Assembly (NCBI GenBank): GCA_963741715.1
Contig: CAVUJA010000002.1
Coordinates: 448,073-512,072, forward strand
DNA length: 64,000 nt
Direction: 5' to 3'
From: an uncultured Acidobacteriota bacterium
Lineage (GTDB): Bacteria > Acidobacteriota > Vicinamibacteria > Vicinamibacterales > Fen-181
The translations under genes and the position numbers were made by a program. Positions 20,447 through 31,389 of the stretch are shown one piece after another. Numbering within the stretch: position 1 is the stretch's first letter; every line of letters begins with the position of its first letter. The notes below the pieces were generated by a model. It did not search any database, was not told where the DNA came from, and saw only the letters and a list, made by a program, of their open reading frames with translations.

Positions 20447-23400
20447 TCACTTGCTCCAGATCGTCCGCATCGTCCGCACCGCCACGAGCCCGGTCGAGCC
20501 GACCTTGCCGCCGCTGACGCGCTCCCAGGCCGACCCGTATTGGGCAAGCTGGACACCATACCGGTCCAGCAGGACGCCCTCGTCTGCCGCAGCCTGGTCG
20601 GTCTTGTAATCCAGGATGCGCCAGCCGTCGCCGGCGCGATAGACGAGGTCGATGACGCCGTGGAGGATGGTGGCCGGCCCGTCACTGGCCGGGGCGACGC
20701 GCACGGCAAACGGGACTTCGACATGCACGTCGGCACCGGCGCGGGCCTCCTGCCAGAACGGCGCCTTCGAGACGGCCTCGACCAGGTCGAGCGCCTCGGG
20801 AATGAACGGTCGCAGGTCGGGCGTCTCCACGGTGAGCCAGCGAGCGAGGCGATCGAGGTCCGCGCGCGTGGCGCCGTCGTGCCGCATGGCGTGCTCCAGC
20901 AGGCCATGCACGAACGAGCCCCAGGCGACGCCGGCGTCCGCGCGATGACTCGGCGTGTCGGTCGCGTCCGCGACGGCTTCCGCCGGCACCTTCCTGCGAG
21001 GCCTCCCTCGCCCGCTCCGCCGCGGCCAACCGCGCCTTCTCCCCCGTCACCGAGGTGACCGCCCACGAAGGCTCGCGCACCTGGTCGTGACGCCGGACGC
21101 GCACGGCGGCGGCGGCGGCACGCGCCTTCGCGGACAGGTCTGCCTTGACCTTCTTCACCACCGTGGTCGGCGCGGGCACGACCATTTCGGGGACGCCGGC
21201 AAGGAATCCATCGAACGCGCCCCACGCCTCGTTGTCCGCAGCCTTGGCGGACCGGCAGACAATCATCAGTTCCTTCGCCCGAGTGGCAGCGACGTAGAGC
21301 AGGCGCAGCCGCTCGGCGTCCCGATACCTCGTCTCCTCCTCCTCGTGCGCCTCCCAGCCGGCCGGCTGCCCGAGCGTCGTGTTCAGCCAGGGCTTGTCGC
21401 CTTTGCGCACGATCCTGAGGTGGCCGCGCGCGATGCCGCCATCGCGGGTGATCCGCACTTCCACCGGGAACTCGAATGCGTGAGTGGCATCCGCCAGGAA
21501 CACCACGGGCGCCTCGAGGCCCTTGGCCTTGTGGAGATTCATCAGGCGCACGACGTCGCGCCGGCCAGGCTCGAGGGGCATCGCCTCGGACTCGCTCGAC
21601 TCGTCTTCTTCATTGAGGGCCTCGGCCGCTTCGGCCAGGCCGCCGCCCGCCTCCACCACCTCCCGCACGCGGTCGATGGCCTGCAGCAGGTGTCCGGCGC
21701 GCGCGCCCCCGGGCGTGGTCGCCGCCAGGGCGAGCCAGCCGGTCTCCTCGAGGATGCGCGCGACGGCCGCCGCCAGCGGCAACGTGCGGGTGCTGCGCCA
21801 CATGGCCCGCAGCTGCGCATCGCCGCCAAGGCGGGACCGAACTGCTCGTCGAGCGCGGCCGCCTGGACGTCGTCTGTCCGCCTCGGTGAGCGGCGCGGAC
21901 AGCTCGAAGCGGCCGCCGGCCTGGCGGTAACGGAACAACTCGGGATCGCTGAGGCCGAAGAGCGGCCCGCGCAGCACGCCGACCAGCGAGACCGAGTCGA
22001 GCGGGTCTGCCAGCGACGTCGAGGAGCAGCGGCCAACGCGCGGACCTCGGCCGACTTGCAGAACAGCCCGGCGCCGCTGACGTCAACGGGAATCTCCAGC
22101 TCGTCGAATGCCTCCGCGAAGATCTTGAGGCGAGGCTTCTGCCGCGTCAGCACCAGGAAGTCGCCGAACGTGCGGCGGCCGCTCGCCACCTCGGCCTGGA
22201 CGTAGGCCGCGATGCGCCTGGCCTCCGCTTCCGCAGGCTCGGTCACCCTTGGCGGCCTCCGGCATCGTGAGCTTCGCCACGCGCGGGCCGGCCGGACACG
22301 TCGGATTCGGCACGCACCGGGATCGAGCTTCTCGAAGCGCGGCGAGTACGGAGACGGCGAACCCGCAAAGAGCGGCGGGAAGACGTCGTTCGCGAGTTCG
22401 CACACTTTCGGCAGCGACCGGAAATTGGCCGTCAGCGCGAGGACCTCGCCGCCGGTCGCCTTGATGCGCTGGGCCACGCGGTTGTAGATGTCGATGTCGG
22501 CCCGGCGGAAGCGGAAGATGGACTGCTTGGGATCGCCGACGACGAACAGCGCGCCGGGACGCAGAGGGACGGCGAACGGGTCGCACGCAGGGCCTAGGCC
22601 TGCGCCACCGCAGTGGTCTGGGCCACGACGGGTCCTGCGCTGCAGCAACTGCTTCGTCCGCCGCGAGCATCAGGAAGATCTCCGCCTGGATGGGATCGGT
22701 GTCCTGGAACTCGTCGATGAAGAGGCGCCGGTACTTCTTCTGGAGCGCGCGGCGAACGACCGGCCGCGAGCGCAGCATGTCGGCCGTCACCCTCAGCAGG
22801 TCCACGTAGTTGACGACGTTGTCGCGACGGCGGGTCCGCGCGTAGAAGTCTCGCGCCTCGACCAGCACCGCCATCGCCAGCCGGTGGATGTAGGCTCGCC
22901 ATGTCAGGCCGGAACGGCTCGACGACCTCTGCCTGGAACTCGGCCACGAGCTGCGCGACCTGCTTGCCAATCGCCGGGTCCCGGCCGACCTCCTTGCCCC
23001 AGAACTTCTGGGTAACCTTCGGATTCCCCCACGCGCCTGGAGAAGCCTGCGAGCGACGCCAGCTGCTCCCGGCGCGCCATGCGAAGCCGGCCTTCGAACT
23101 CGTCGAACCGCTGCTGGACGGGACAGGTCGTGGCCTCGTGGAACTCGGTCGGCTCGCAGCGCACGCAGCTCGTCCCAGAACTTGTCAACGGCCTTCCAGA
23201 TCGGCTTCGGGTCCGGCGCGTCGCCGGACCCCATGTCGAACTCGACGTCCTCGTGCTCGCAGACGGTGGCGAACGGGCCGTAGAGATCCTGCGGCTTGAT
23301 GCCGGCGTCGAGCAGGTCGAGCATCGGCTGCAGACCCCGGGCCCGCGCCTCGGCGACGAAGTCGCGCCAGGCCCGTCGCTGCCGCTGGAGGTTGTCGATG

Positions 23401-23804
23401 TCGCTCAGTTCCTCGAAGCCCGGCGCCACTCGCGCGTCCACGGGCCGCTCGCGGAGGAGGTGCGCGCAGAAGGCGTGAATGGTCCCGGCGAACAGCCGCT
23501 CCATTCCCGCGAGCGCCGTCTCGAGCCGCTCGCGCTCCTCGGCCGCCGGCTTCCTGCTCAGCCGCTCTTCGACCGCCAGCTGGAACCGTCCGCGCAGCTC
23601 CGCCGCCGCCTTGCGCGTGAAGGTGACGACGGCCAGGTGCTCCACGGTGTAGGTGCCGGCCGCGATGCCGGCCGCCATGCGCGTGGCGAGGCTATAGGTC
23701 TTGCCCGACCCGGCACCAGCCTCGACCAGGAAGTTCGTGCCGAAGTCGGACACGAGGCGGTCGCGCACCGGCTGATCGAGCGGGATCTTGCGCGGCTTAC
23801 TCAT
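20447..23804 (-). CDS. AddA/UvrD-like helicase with C-terminal PD-(D/E)XK nuclease (several frameshifts)
   Basis: AGAGSGKT, IDEFQDTD, VGDPKQSIFRFRRAD, HKAKGLE, LYVAATRA, GVIDLV...DYKT...QLAQY spread over four ORF-track segments. Confidence 0.85.
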
Positions 23805-26800
23805 GGTGGCCTCTCAGGCGGCGGTAGGACTCGAGCGCCGCGCCGGTGTCCCCTTCGATCTTGCGCGACGGCGCGACTCACGTCCTCCGCGTGACAGGCG
23901 GCCGCGAAGTCGACACCACTTGCACTGCTCCTCGGCGTCGGCCGAGACAAATGCGCCGCTGCCGATGACATCCGCCAGGTCGCGCAGCACGCTCGGCGAG
24001 CTTCGTCTTCGACGGCGCAGTGAATCACCTTCCTGCGCCGATGGCCCTTCACTGCGGGAAACAGGTAGACGCCCCGAACGACCCGCGCCTTCGGGTCGCG
24101 GGACTTCAACAGCTCCGCCGCCGCCACGCCGTAGATGGCGTGCTGCAGGCGTGTGCCTCCCGCGAACTGCCCCTTCCAGTTGTCCGGCCAGTAGCCGCCC
24201 GTCTTGTAGTCGACGACTTCGTACTCTGCCGGGCCGACCCGGTTGATGCGGTCGATCCGGCCGTGCAGCGCCATCCGCCGCTTGTCGCCCAGATCGATCA
24301 CGGTCGGCTCGGCGCTGGCGAGCGGTTCCTCTTCGTCGTCTTCCAGCGGGAATCCGAACGAGACCTCGAAGCCGAGCGGCGCCGCCCATGGAGCCCTTCG
24401 CACTCGGCGTCGATGAAGGCGTCGAGATCGTCGAGGAACTCGCGCGACTCGCGCGCGAAGACCTCGTCGGAAGGCGGCGGCATCTCGGCGCGAAGCTCGT
24501 CGAGCCGTTCCTGGCCCCATCGTGCGCAACCGCCGGCGGTCCACGGCCAGGCTGGGCTTCCGCTTCTCCGCGCGGATGGCCCGCATGACGCGCGCGAACA
24601 GCGCGTGCAGTTCGGTGCCCTTCGTGGCCGCGTCGAGCCACGCGTCATCGTCGGGCTGCCCTTCCTCGATGACTCTTCACCCCGAGCCCGTGCTCCATGA
24701 AATACCGCAGCGGGCACTTCGCCGCCTTCTCGAGCGTCGTCGCCGACATGGGACGTCCCGTGCGGCTGGGGTCGAGGACCGGGCCGGCGACGGCGACGTA
24801 GCCGTCGAACTCGGTGAAGGCGTTCGATTGCCGCTGCACTCTCGGCATAGATGCCGCGTGCGAGGGCCGGGTAGGCCCGCAGGATCGCGTCGCGCGCCGT
24901 GCTCGTAGCCTTCGTGTGCGCCAGCCACCAGCCCGAGTCGCTCACTGCAGCCGGCGGTGACGCCGGGACCGCGGACACCGGCTCGCCGAGCCACGTCCCG
25001 AGGTCCTCGTAGTTGAGCCTCCGGTCCCCCTTCATCAGCCGGAACGCTTGCAGGACGATCCACGAGGGAAACGTCTCGCGGAAGTCGCGCGTGTCGCGGC
25101 ACGAGAAGCTGAGGCAGACACGCTCGGCCGACGCGCCGATCGCGGCCAGGCGGGAGAGCGCCGCGAAGACCGCCTCGTCCTGACGCTGCGGGGACGTGCG
25201 CAGCAAGGGGTCGATGGCCGTGCGCTCCTCGTCGAGAAGGACGGCGTCCTCGACCGCCGCGGGAAACACGCCGCCCTCCTGGAGACCGACGATGAAGACC
25301 AGGCGGCGACCGTCGAATCCGGCGTCGCCGAGCGCGGAGACATGCAGGCGACCCGGGCGCGGCCGGTCGAGGCCTACCGTGAGCGAGGTGACGCGCTCGC
25401 GCAGGAATCTCAGGCCGGTGGTCAGGTCGCAACGATGGCCGGCCAGCGCCCGAAGGTCGGCGAGTGCATCTCCGACCGCGACATACGCGATCGCGTCGAG
25501 CGCATTCGATCTCCCGGCGTTGGCTTCAACAAAAGCCGCGGCGCTCTCGACAAGCGCGGCCAGCGGCACCACGCTGGCGGCCGTGGCGTCGGGCTCCGGC
25601 ACACTGGACAGCACGCCCTCGATCCACTGACGCAGCGTGGCGGTCTGCTCGGCCTTCCGCACGTTCCACGCGCGGTCGTCATCGCCCAGCTCCGTGTCCG
25701 TCGCGCGGCGGTCGTAGTTCTGCGCGAGGCGTGTCAGCGCTGGCGCGTAGGTCTCGCGGCCCCAGGTCGCCTCCGCCTTCAGCAGCAACCGCGCCGCCTG
25801 GCCCGCGGAGAGGCCGTTCTCTGTCTCTCCGAAGGCCTGCGGCGCGCAATCGCCCGACTGCAGAAGGCGACGCAAGTCGCTCGCCGAGAACTCGTTGGCG
25901 ACCCAGTCACAGAAGCGAAGAAGCAGGCGACCCGGGCGGGTCATCGTGGCGGGGACGCCGGCAGACAGCGTGACGGCCCAATCCAGGAGGGTCGCCTTCT
26001 CCCGGACCAGCAGCGAGTAGGCGTCGGACGCGCACACGACCTCGACCTGGTCGAGGGGAGAGCCGCTCGCGAGGATCCGACGGAATACTTCGTCCACCTC
26101 CGCATCTGGGCCGCCCGCATGGAAGAGGTCCAGCGTCCCATCGCCTTTGGCCTGGCTGGCGGTGCCTGGCGACTGCAGATGGCCCAGCCGACCGGCATCG
26201 GTCGTCGAGTGAGTATCGACGCGCTCGACCGGCGCGGCCAGCGCGACGGCCCTGGATGGAATCGGAACGTCACGCAGAGCCAGAGCGCGCGCCAGCACCC
26301 GCTGGCCGGGCAGCGAATCGAAGGAACCGGCGGACGAGGGGCGACCAGAACGTGTCAGGAAGCTCGATGGTGAAGTCGGTCGGCGAAATCGGGCACCAAT
26401 CCTGGTGCCTCGCGGCCTCTTCGAGCACCATCGGCATGTCGGCGACGCGGTTCGCCTCGAGATGGCGCTCGTAGGCGGCCAGCAGCGCGGTCAACTCCGC
26501 CTGCTTCTCGGAAGACTCGCTGAACGACCGTGTGGCGAGGTCCTTCGCGCGCACCCCGGCGTAGCGCAGCTCACGCACCGTCCGCCAGAGCGCGTCGGCC
26601 ATCGACGTGTGCTCGGCCATCGGCCGGAAGTAGGCGTGAGCGTCAGGCAGGTCGAGCAGCAGGCGCATCAGCAGCGCAGGCCCGAGGGGCTCTTCCGAGG
26701 GATCGATCCCCCGCTCGAGCAGGAACGGCGCCGCCATGCGGATGGCGATGTCGAGCGGGGTCGTGAAGCGCAGGTTCGCCCAATCGCACCGCTCGCGGGC

Positions 26801-26917
26801 AAGGCGGTCGCCGAGCGTCAGGCCAATCGCGTGCGAAGGCACGAACACCCACTTCGAACGGGTTGGCTCAGTGCGGCACAGCCCGGCGAGTTGGGTCACG
26901 AACGGGTCGGCATTCAT
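23801..26917 (-). CDS. AddB-like inactive helicase plus PD-(D/E)XK nuclease with Fe-S cysteines (several frameshifts)
   Basis: SATTLE...CPLRYF, GRIDRI...VVDYKTG...LQHAIY, CKWC; collinear fragments. Confidence 0.8.
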
Positions 26918-27116
26918 GCGACCTCCCGCATACGGCTGAACGGGCCGTCAGGGCCCTTGGAGACTCCGTCTCCGAACGCGGCGATGATACACCCCGCCGG
27001 AACCCTGAACTCGGCACGCCTGGGCCAGGAGTGGTATCGAAGCCCTACCTACCGCTCTTCGGGTCCTGTCGGCGAGCAGCCCCACCCGTCCGTGGTCCTC
27101 TCCTTGCCTGGCGCCG

Positions 27117-28030
27117 TCAGCACGCGTAGGCCAGCAGGTGCACCAGTTGCTGGTCCACCGCCAGCGCCGCGCCCGCGATCCGCGGCGCGCGGAGTCGCAG
27201 GTCTTCGCCAAGACCCACGGCCGGGAAGGTCTCGACAGCGGCGGCGCTCACCGACGCGAGGAAACGCTTCGGGTCGCGCCGCGCGCGCCCCTTCTTCTCT
27301 TCGCGCCGGTCCAGGGCATCGAGACCATAGCTCTCGACGATCTTCCGCATCGACTTGCGCCATGTCGCGGCACTGTCGAACAGCTCCAGGCCGACGATCG
27401 CCCCGTTGATGGCGAACACCGCACCGACCTGCCGCGGCACGGCCTCGAGCCTTGCCTGGAAAGCGTCGAGGTCGGCACGGGCCTTGTCGTACATGGCCGC
27501 CGCGGCTCGCGTGGGCGAGGGCGCGGCCATGCGCTCCGACTTGGCGTCGATATCCGCCCAGATGGCGCCCTGGTCTGCGTGGCGTTCGCCGTGCATTTGA
27601 AGCGAACAACTTACCTGCTGCACCTTCATCGCGCGACCCGACGCGTAGTGCGTCCGGCCCGCGGCAGCGAACGCGCGGGAGCGGTGCTGCCAGCGATGCG
27701 GCCTCGACGCACGAGACGGGAGCGGGAGCTTCGTGTGCGCCGGCACGAGGATCGAGAGATTGACGATGCGATTCTGCTTGGCGCCGACCAGTTCCTCGCC
27801 GTCGAGGACGAGGACCGGCACGGCTCCGTTGTTGACGATGGTGAGCTCCGGCACGTGGCCGGCGTCGGACACCTCGGTGCACGGTCACGAATCCGGCCGC
27901 CAGCGCTTCGTCGAGCGTGGCGTAGCCGGCCGGGGTCTCGATCCCCGTGCAGCAGCGGGTACATCGTCAGGTTGGCCACACCGATGGCCGGGGCGAATTC
28001 GAGTGCGTCAGCGATGGTGTGTAGGTTCAT
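27117..28030 (-). CDS. ARPP-1 (DUF6569)-like protein (frameshifted)
   Basis: VPEL...LDGEELVGAKQNRIVNLSILV, DQGAIW, GLELFD, VESYGLDA; N-terminus MNLHTIA..NLTMYPL in another frame. Confidence 0.8.
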
Positions 28031-28036
28031 GCCGAC

Positions 28037-28068
28037 ACTGTAGACGGCAGGTCTGACAGGTGGGGTCC
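28037..28068 (-). promoter_or_regulatory. Putative WYL box plus -10 in the divergent ARPP-1/WYL intergenic region
   Basis: GGACCCCACCTGTCA-N11-TACAGT; ATG follows after 6 nt. Confidence 0.65.
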
Positions 28069-29235
28069 ACGGTGCCGGGAAATCGTGTACCCTGTCCTCG
28101 CACACCAACCTGGAGGCACGCTACGGTCGAACGCAACGCCGAGATCATCCGCCAGTGGAAGATCCTGATCGACATCGCCACGGCGGCCGACTGCACGATT
28201 GCGTCGCTGGCGGCCAAATACGATGTGGGTGAGCGCACCATCCGCCGCGATCTCGTCGCGCTGGAGACGGCCGGCTTCACGCTCTACCCGCAGCGTGTGG
28301 ACCGCCGGAACTGCTGGCGCCTCAGCGGCAAGCCCTTGAAGGCGATCACGGAGACGACCTTCAACCTGCCCGAACTCTGCGCCTTCTACATGAACCGGAC
28401 CCAACTGGCCGCCGTGGGCGGCTCACCCATCCACGCGGATCTCCGGTCGGCCATGGCCAAGGTGAGCAAGGCGCTCGGGCCGCAGATGAAGGCGTACCTG
28501 GACAAGCTGACGATGGTGCTCGCCTGGAAGCCAGACCCGCCGCAGCGCGCCGATGTGACGGGCCACCCGGTCCCGGTGGAGTGCCTGGTGAGAGCCACCA
28601 TGGACCACAAGCGGATCGAGATGGACTACCACTCGTTCGCGGGCGGGAAGATCAAGGCGTACTCGGTGGAGCCGTATCGCCTGACGTTCGGCAACGGCGG
28701 CCTGTACCTCTTCGCGTACGTCCCCGCCTATGGCCAGATGCGCACGTTCGCCGTGCAGCGGATCAAAACCCTGAGGGTCACCGAGAGCACGTTCAGCCCG
28801 GTGCAGGAGGTGTCGTCAACGCCGTATGGCAACTCGATCGGCATGTACGCCGGCGGCAAAGCGGAACCGGTGGAGATCGAGTTTGCGCCCAGGCTGGCGC
28901 CCTACATCGAAGAGCGGGAGTGGCACCCGTCGCAGGCGATCGTCAAGCGGGCCGACGGCTCCCTCCTGTTGAAGATGACGATTGCCATCGACGTCCCGCT
29001 CCGGAGCTGGATCCTCGGATTCGGACACCAGGCGCGCGTGCTGAAACCGTCAGCGCTGGCGGAGACGATTCTGGAGGAACTCGAGGAAGCACGCGAACAG
29101 TACGCGCCGCGGATGCACTTCGAGATGCCGCCGCCCATCTACGACGACGGCCGTCAGCCCGCACTGCCCTTCCGTCCGTCGCGCCGGCCCCGAACGACCG
29201 GCCGGCGCAGGTCGTCGGCCGGGTCCAGGGCCTGA
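28060..29235 (+). CDS. WYL-domain transcriptional regulator (wHTH-WYL-WCX); true start uncertain
   Basis: VGERTIRRDLVALE HTH; VEPYRL...LYLFAY...RTFAVQRI; WHPSQ; SWILGFG...VLKP. Confidence 0.93.
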   Translation: MGSTVPGNRVPCPRTPTWRHATVERNAEIIRQWKILIDIATAADCTIASLAAKYDVGERTIRRDLVALETAGFTLYPQRVDRRNCWRLSGKPLKAITETTFNLPELCAFYMNRTQLAAVGGSPIHADLRSAMAKVSKALGPQMKAYLDKLTMVLAWKPDPPQRADVTGHPVPVECLVRATMDHKRIEMDYHSFAGGKIKAYSVEPYRLTFGNGGLYLFAYVPAYGQMRTFAVQRIKTLRVTESTFSPVQEVSSTPYGNSIGMYAGGKAEPVEIEFAPRLAPYIEEREWHPSQAIVKRADGSLLLKMTIAIDVPLRSWILGFGHQARVLKPSALAETILEELEEAREQYAPRMHFEMPPPIYDDGRQPALPFRPSRRPRTTGRRRSSAGSRA

Positions 29236-29379
29236 AGGGACCGCCGCGAGCCCAGGCTTTCACCCGGCCGGCATGGCCGGCAATTCGGACATCTCGGCAG
29301 CGGCCGGCGCCCTACTGCTCGCCGCGACTCTCTGCCGTGGCTTTGCCGAAGGCAGCCAGGGCCGTCAATCCGGCTTCAG

Positions 29380-29781
29380 CTAGCAGGTTCCCTGCCCTTC
29401 CTCCTGCGGGAAGCACAGACGACGCCACCGGTCCGTGCTTATCGGCCACGCCCCGGCGAACGTCTTGGGGCCGTTCCCCCGCTCCACCACGGCGGCCCAG
29501 ACTGCCGTCTGGAATTCCTCGTGGACCACGAGCGGATACAACTCTACCCACGGATGGCGGTCAAGAAGGATAAGCGCTTCCTCCCAGGTCGCGACGGGAC
29601 CCAGTTCAGAGAGTCCGTCCCCGAAATTGCCACGGTCTTCGTCAGACAGGAGATCGAGCAGAGTACCCTCGTCTGTGGTCACAAAGAACTGCCATTCCCC
29701 CTCCCTCGAGCGCGCCCTGGTGAGCGTCAGCGACCCGCCCTCCGCACCCACCTTCACGACCGTTTCTGACGTCTGCTTCAT
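29380..29781 (-). CDS. Hypothetical protein (paralogue of 18416-18829)
   Basis: GGAGG RBS; motifs shared with 18416-18829. Confidence 0.65.
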   Translation of the reverse strand: MKQTSETVVKVGAEGGSLTLTRARSREGEWQFFVTTDEGTLLDLLSDEDRGNFGDGLSELGPVATWEEALILLDRHPWVELYPLVVHEEFQTAVWAAVVERGNGPKTFAGAWPISTDRWRRLCFPQEEGQGTC

Positions 29782-30223
29782 AGCGCCTCCATTACTTCGG
29801 CGTGGACGGTGTCGCAGGTCCGTGAACAACGACAATTTGCCAGTGGCGTGTGACTGCCCTCATGCCCCGGCGCGCATGTCGAAACGCCAATGTATAGCTC
29901 TCGCGCACGGTGGGCAACCTCGAAGATGGCACAGTCGATCGGAATGAGCCAAGGCGCAGCGAGGCGCGCGCTAGCAGCGCGGCGCCGTGTGCGGCCGGGC
30001 ACGCCGAAGCTGCCGTTGACGCGACTCCGACAAGCACCGCCTCTCCAGATCTTCCTGAGCCTCCTCGCGATCCGCTAGAGAGAACATGCACCCTGGGAAG
30101 CTGTCCGAACCGCCACGAGCGCTGAGAGACTTCTTTGACCCGCCTTGAGGCCGCTGGAACCAGGTCCCACGGAGCCACAGTGGATTCGCGGGCGCGAGTT
30201 GACGTGGCCGACGACACGGCGGA

Positions 30224-30493
30224 ATGATCATGATCATGCAGAAGTCCGACCAGCTGGCGTTGCCCTTGCGCATCGACACGGACGCCTTCGTCGTCACGAA
30301 CACCGGGATTGTCCTCGACGCCAACAACGAACTCGTCGCCGAGTACCAGACGATCGACGAAGCCGAGGTGTTCGTGGCAAGGGTGAACGGCGTGAGCGTG
30401 GCCGAACTGCGCAGGCAGACAGATGAGTCTGTCCGGATGCGGCATGGGTACCTCCGAGCGCTGAGGCGGGGTGACAAACCGGCTGGGACGTGA
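30224..30493 (+). CDS. Hypothetical protein
   Basis: Protein-like composition, GC-rich third codon positions. Confidence 0.5.
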   Translation: MIMIMQKSDQLALPLRIDTDAFVVTNTGIVLDANNELVAEYQTIDEAEVFVARVNGVSVAELRRQTDESVRMRHGYLRALRRGDKPAGT

Positions 30494-30747
30494 GCCGCGG
30501 GGTGCCCGCCAGTGGGCCCGCCTGCGAGTTGGCCCCCCGCTACGGAGGAGGGCTACACACCATTGGGGATCCCCAACAGTCGTTGGGAGACAGGTGCCGT
30601 CCGCATCGTCGGACCGCCGAATGCGGCTGTCGAACACCGCAACCCGCTCTCGCGGCGAACAGTCGAGCGGTTCGTGGCTGGCGGCAGCCAGTTCCAACGG
30701 GCGGAACCCATCCAGGGCCGGGCCGGGAGGGCTTCGCTGGTTCTGTT

Positions 30748-31389
30748 TCAAATGTCGCCGTCGATAAAGTGGCCTCCCAGGCCAGCCGCCTGCAGCCAGT
30801 GACGCACGTAGAACTTGGTGAACAGGTGCGCGACGAACTCCTCGGCGAGTTCCTGACGGTCGATGAAGTGGACCGGGATGCCCCATCGCTCCTGGATGGC
30901 GAGATAGCTACCGACCACCGCGTTCGGATGCGCCTGCGACTCGGTGAACGCCTCGTAACTCGAACGCATGGCGGCATACGAGGCTTCGACCACGATGGCT
31001 TTGCGCTCATACCGGGCCAGTCGTTGGCAGCGCTCGAGGAAGGTTGCGCGAAGGGGCGGCATCACCGAGCTCACGGCGTCGGCCGAGGATTTTCGCTCGA
31101 TCGTAACGACCTGCTCGAGTCCCTTGACGGAGTAGTCACCATCCCTCAGGCGGCGCTGCTCGGTACCGGCAATCCACCTCGAAAACCTGGCGAACGTGTA
31201 GCCGCAGCGGCTCTCGCCCGAGTCGATGACCAGGACTGGCTTGGGAATCCGGACCACATGTCCATCGCGACGGGCGCGGATGATGTCTCGCGGCGGTGGA
31301 ATGTCAGACCAGTCGAGGTGGACCGTGTCGAGGTCGTCAGATGCGTCCTCGGCCGGTATCCGGCGCGTTGTCTTGCGAGCAGTCTTCAT
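30748..31389 (-). CDS. ERCC4/XPF-type nuclease
   Basis: VIDSGE...GDYS...IERKS. Confidence 0.85.
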   Translation of the reverse strand: MKTARKTTRRIPAEDASDDLDTVHLDWSDIPPPRDIIRARRDGHVVRIPKPVLVIDSGESRCGYTFARFSRWIAGTEQRRLRDGDYSVKGLEQVVTIERKSSADAVSSVMPPLRATFLERCQRLARYERKAIVVEASYAAMRSSYEAFTESQAHPNAVVGSYLAIQERWGIPVHFIDRQELAEEFVAHLFTKFYVRHWLQAAGLGGHFIDGDI

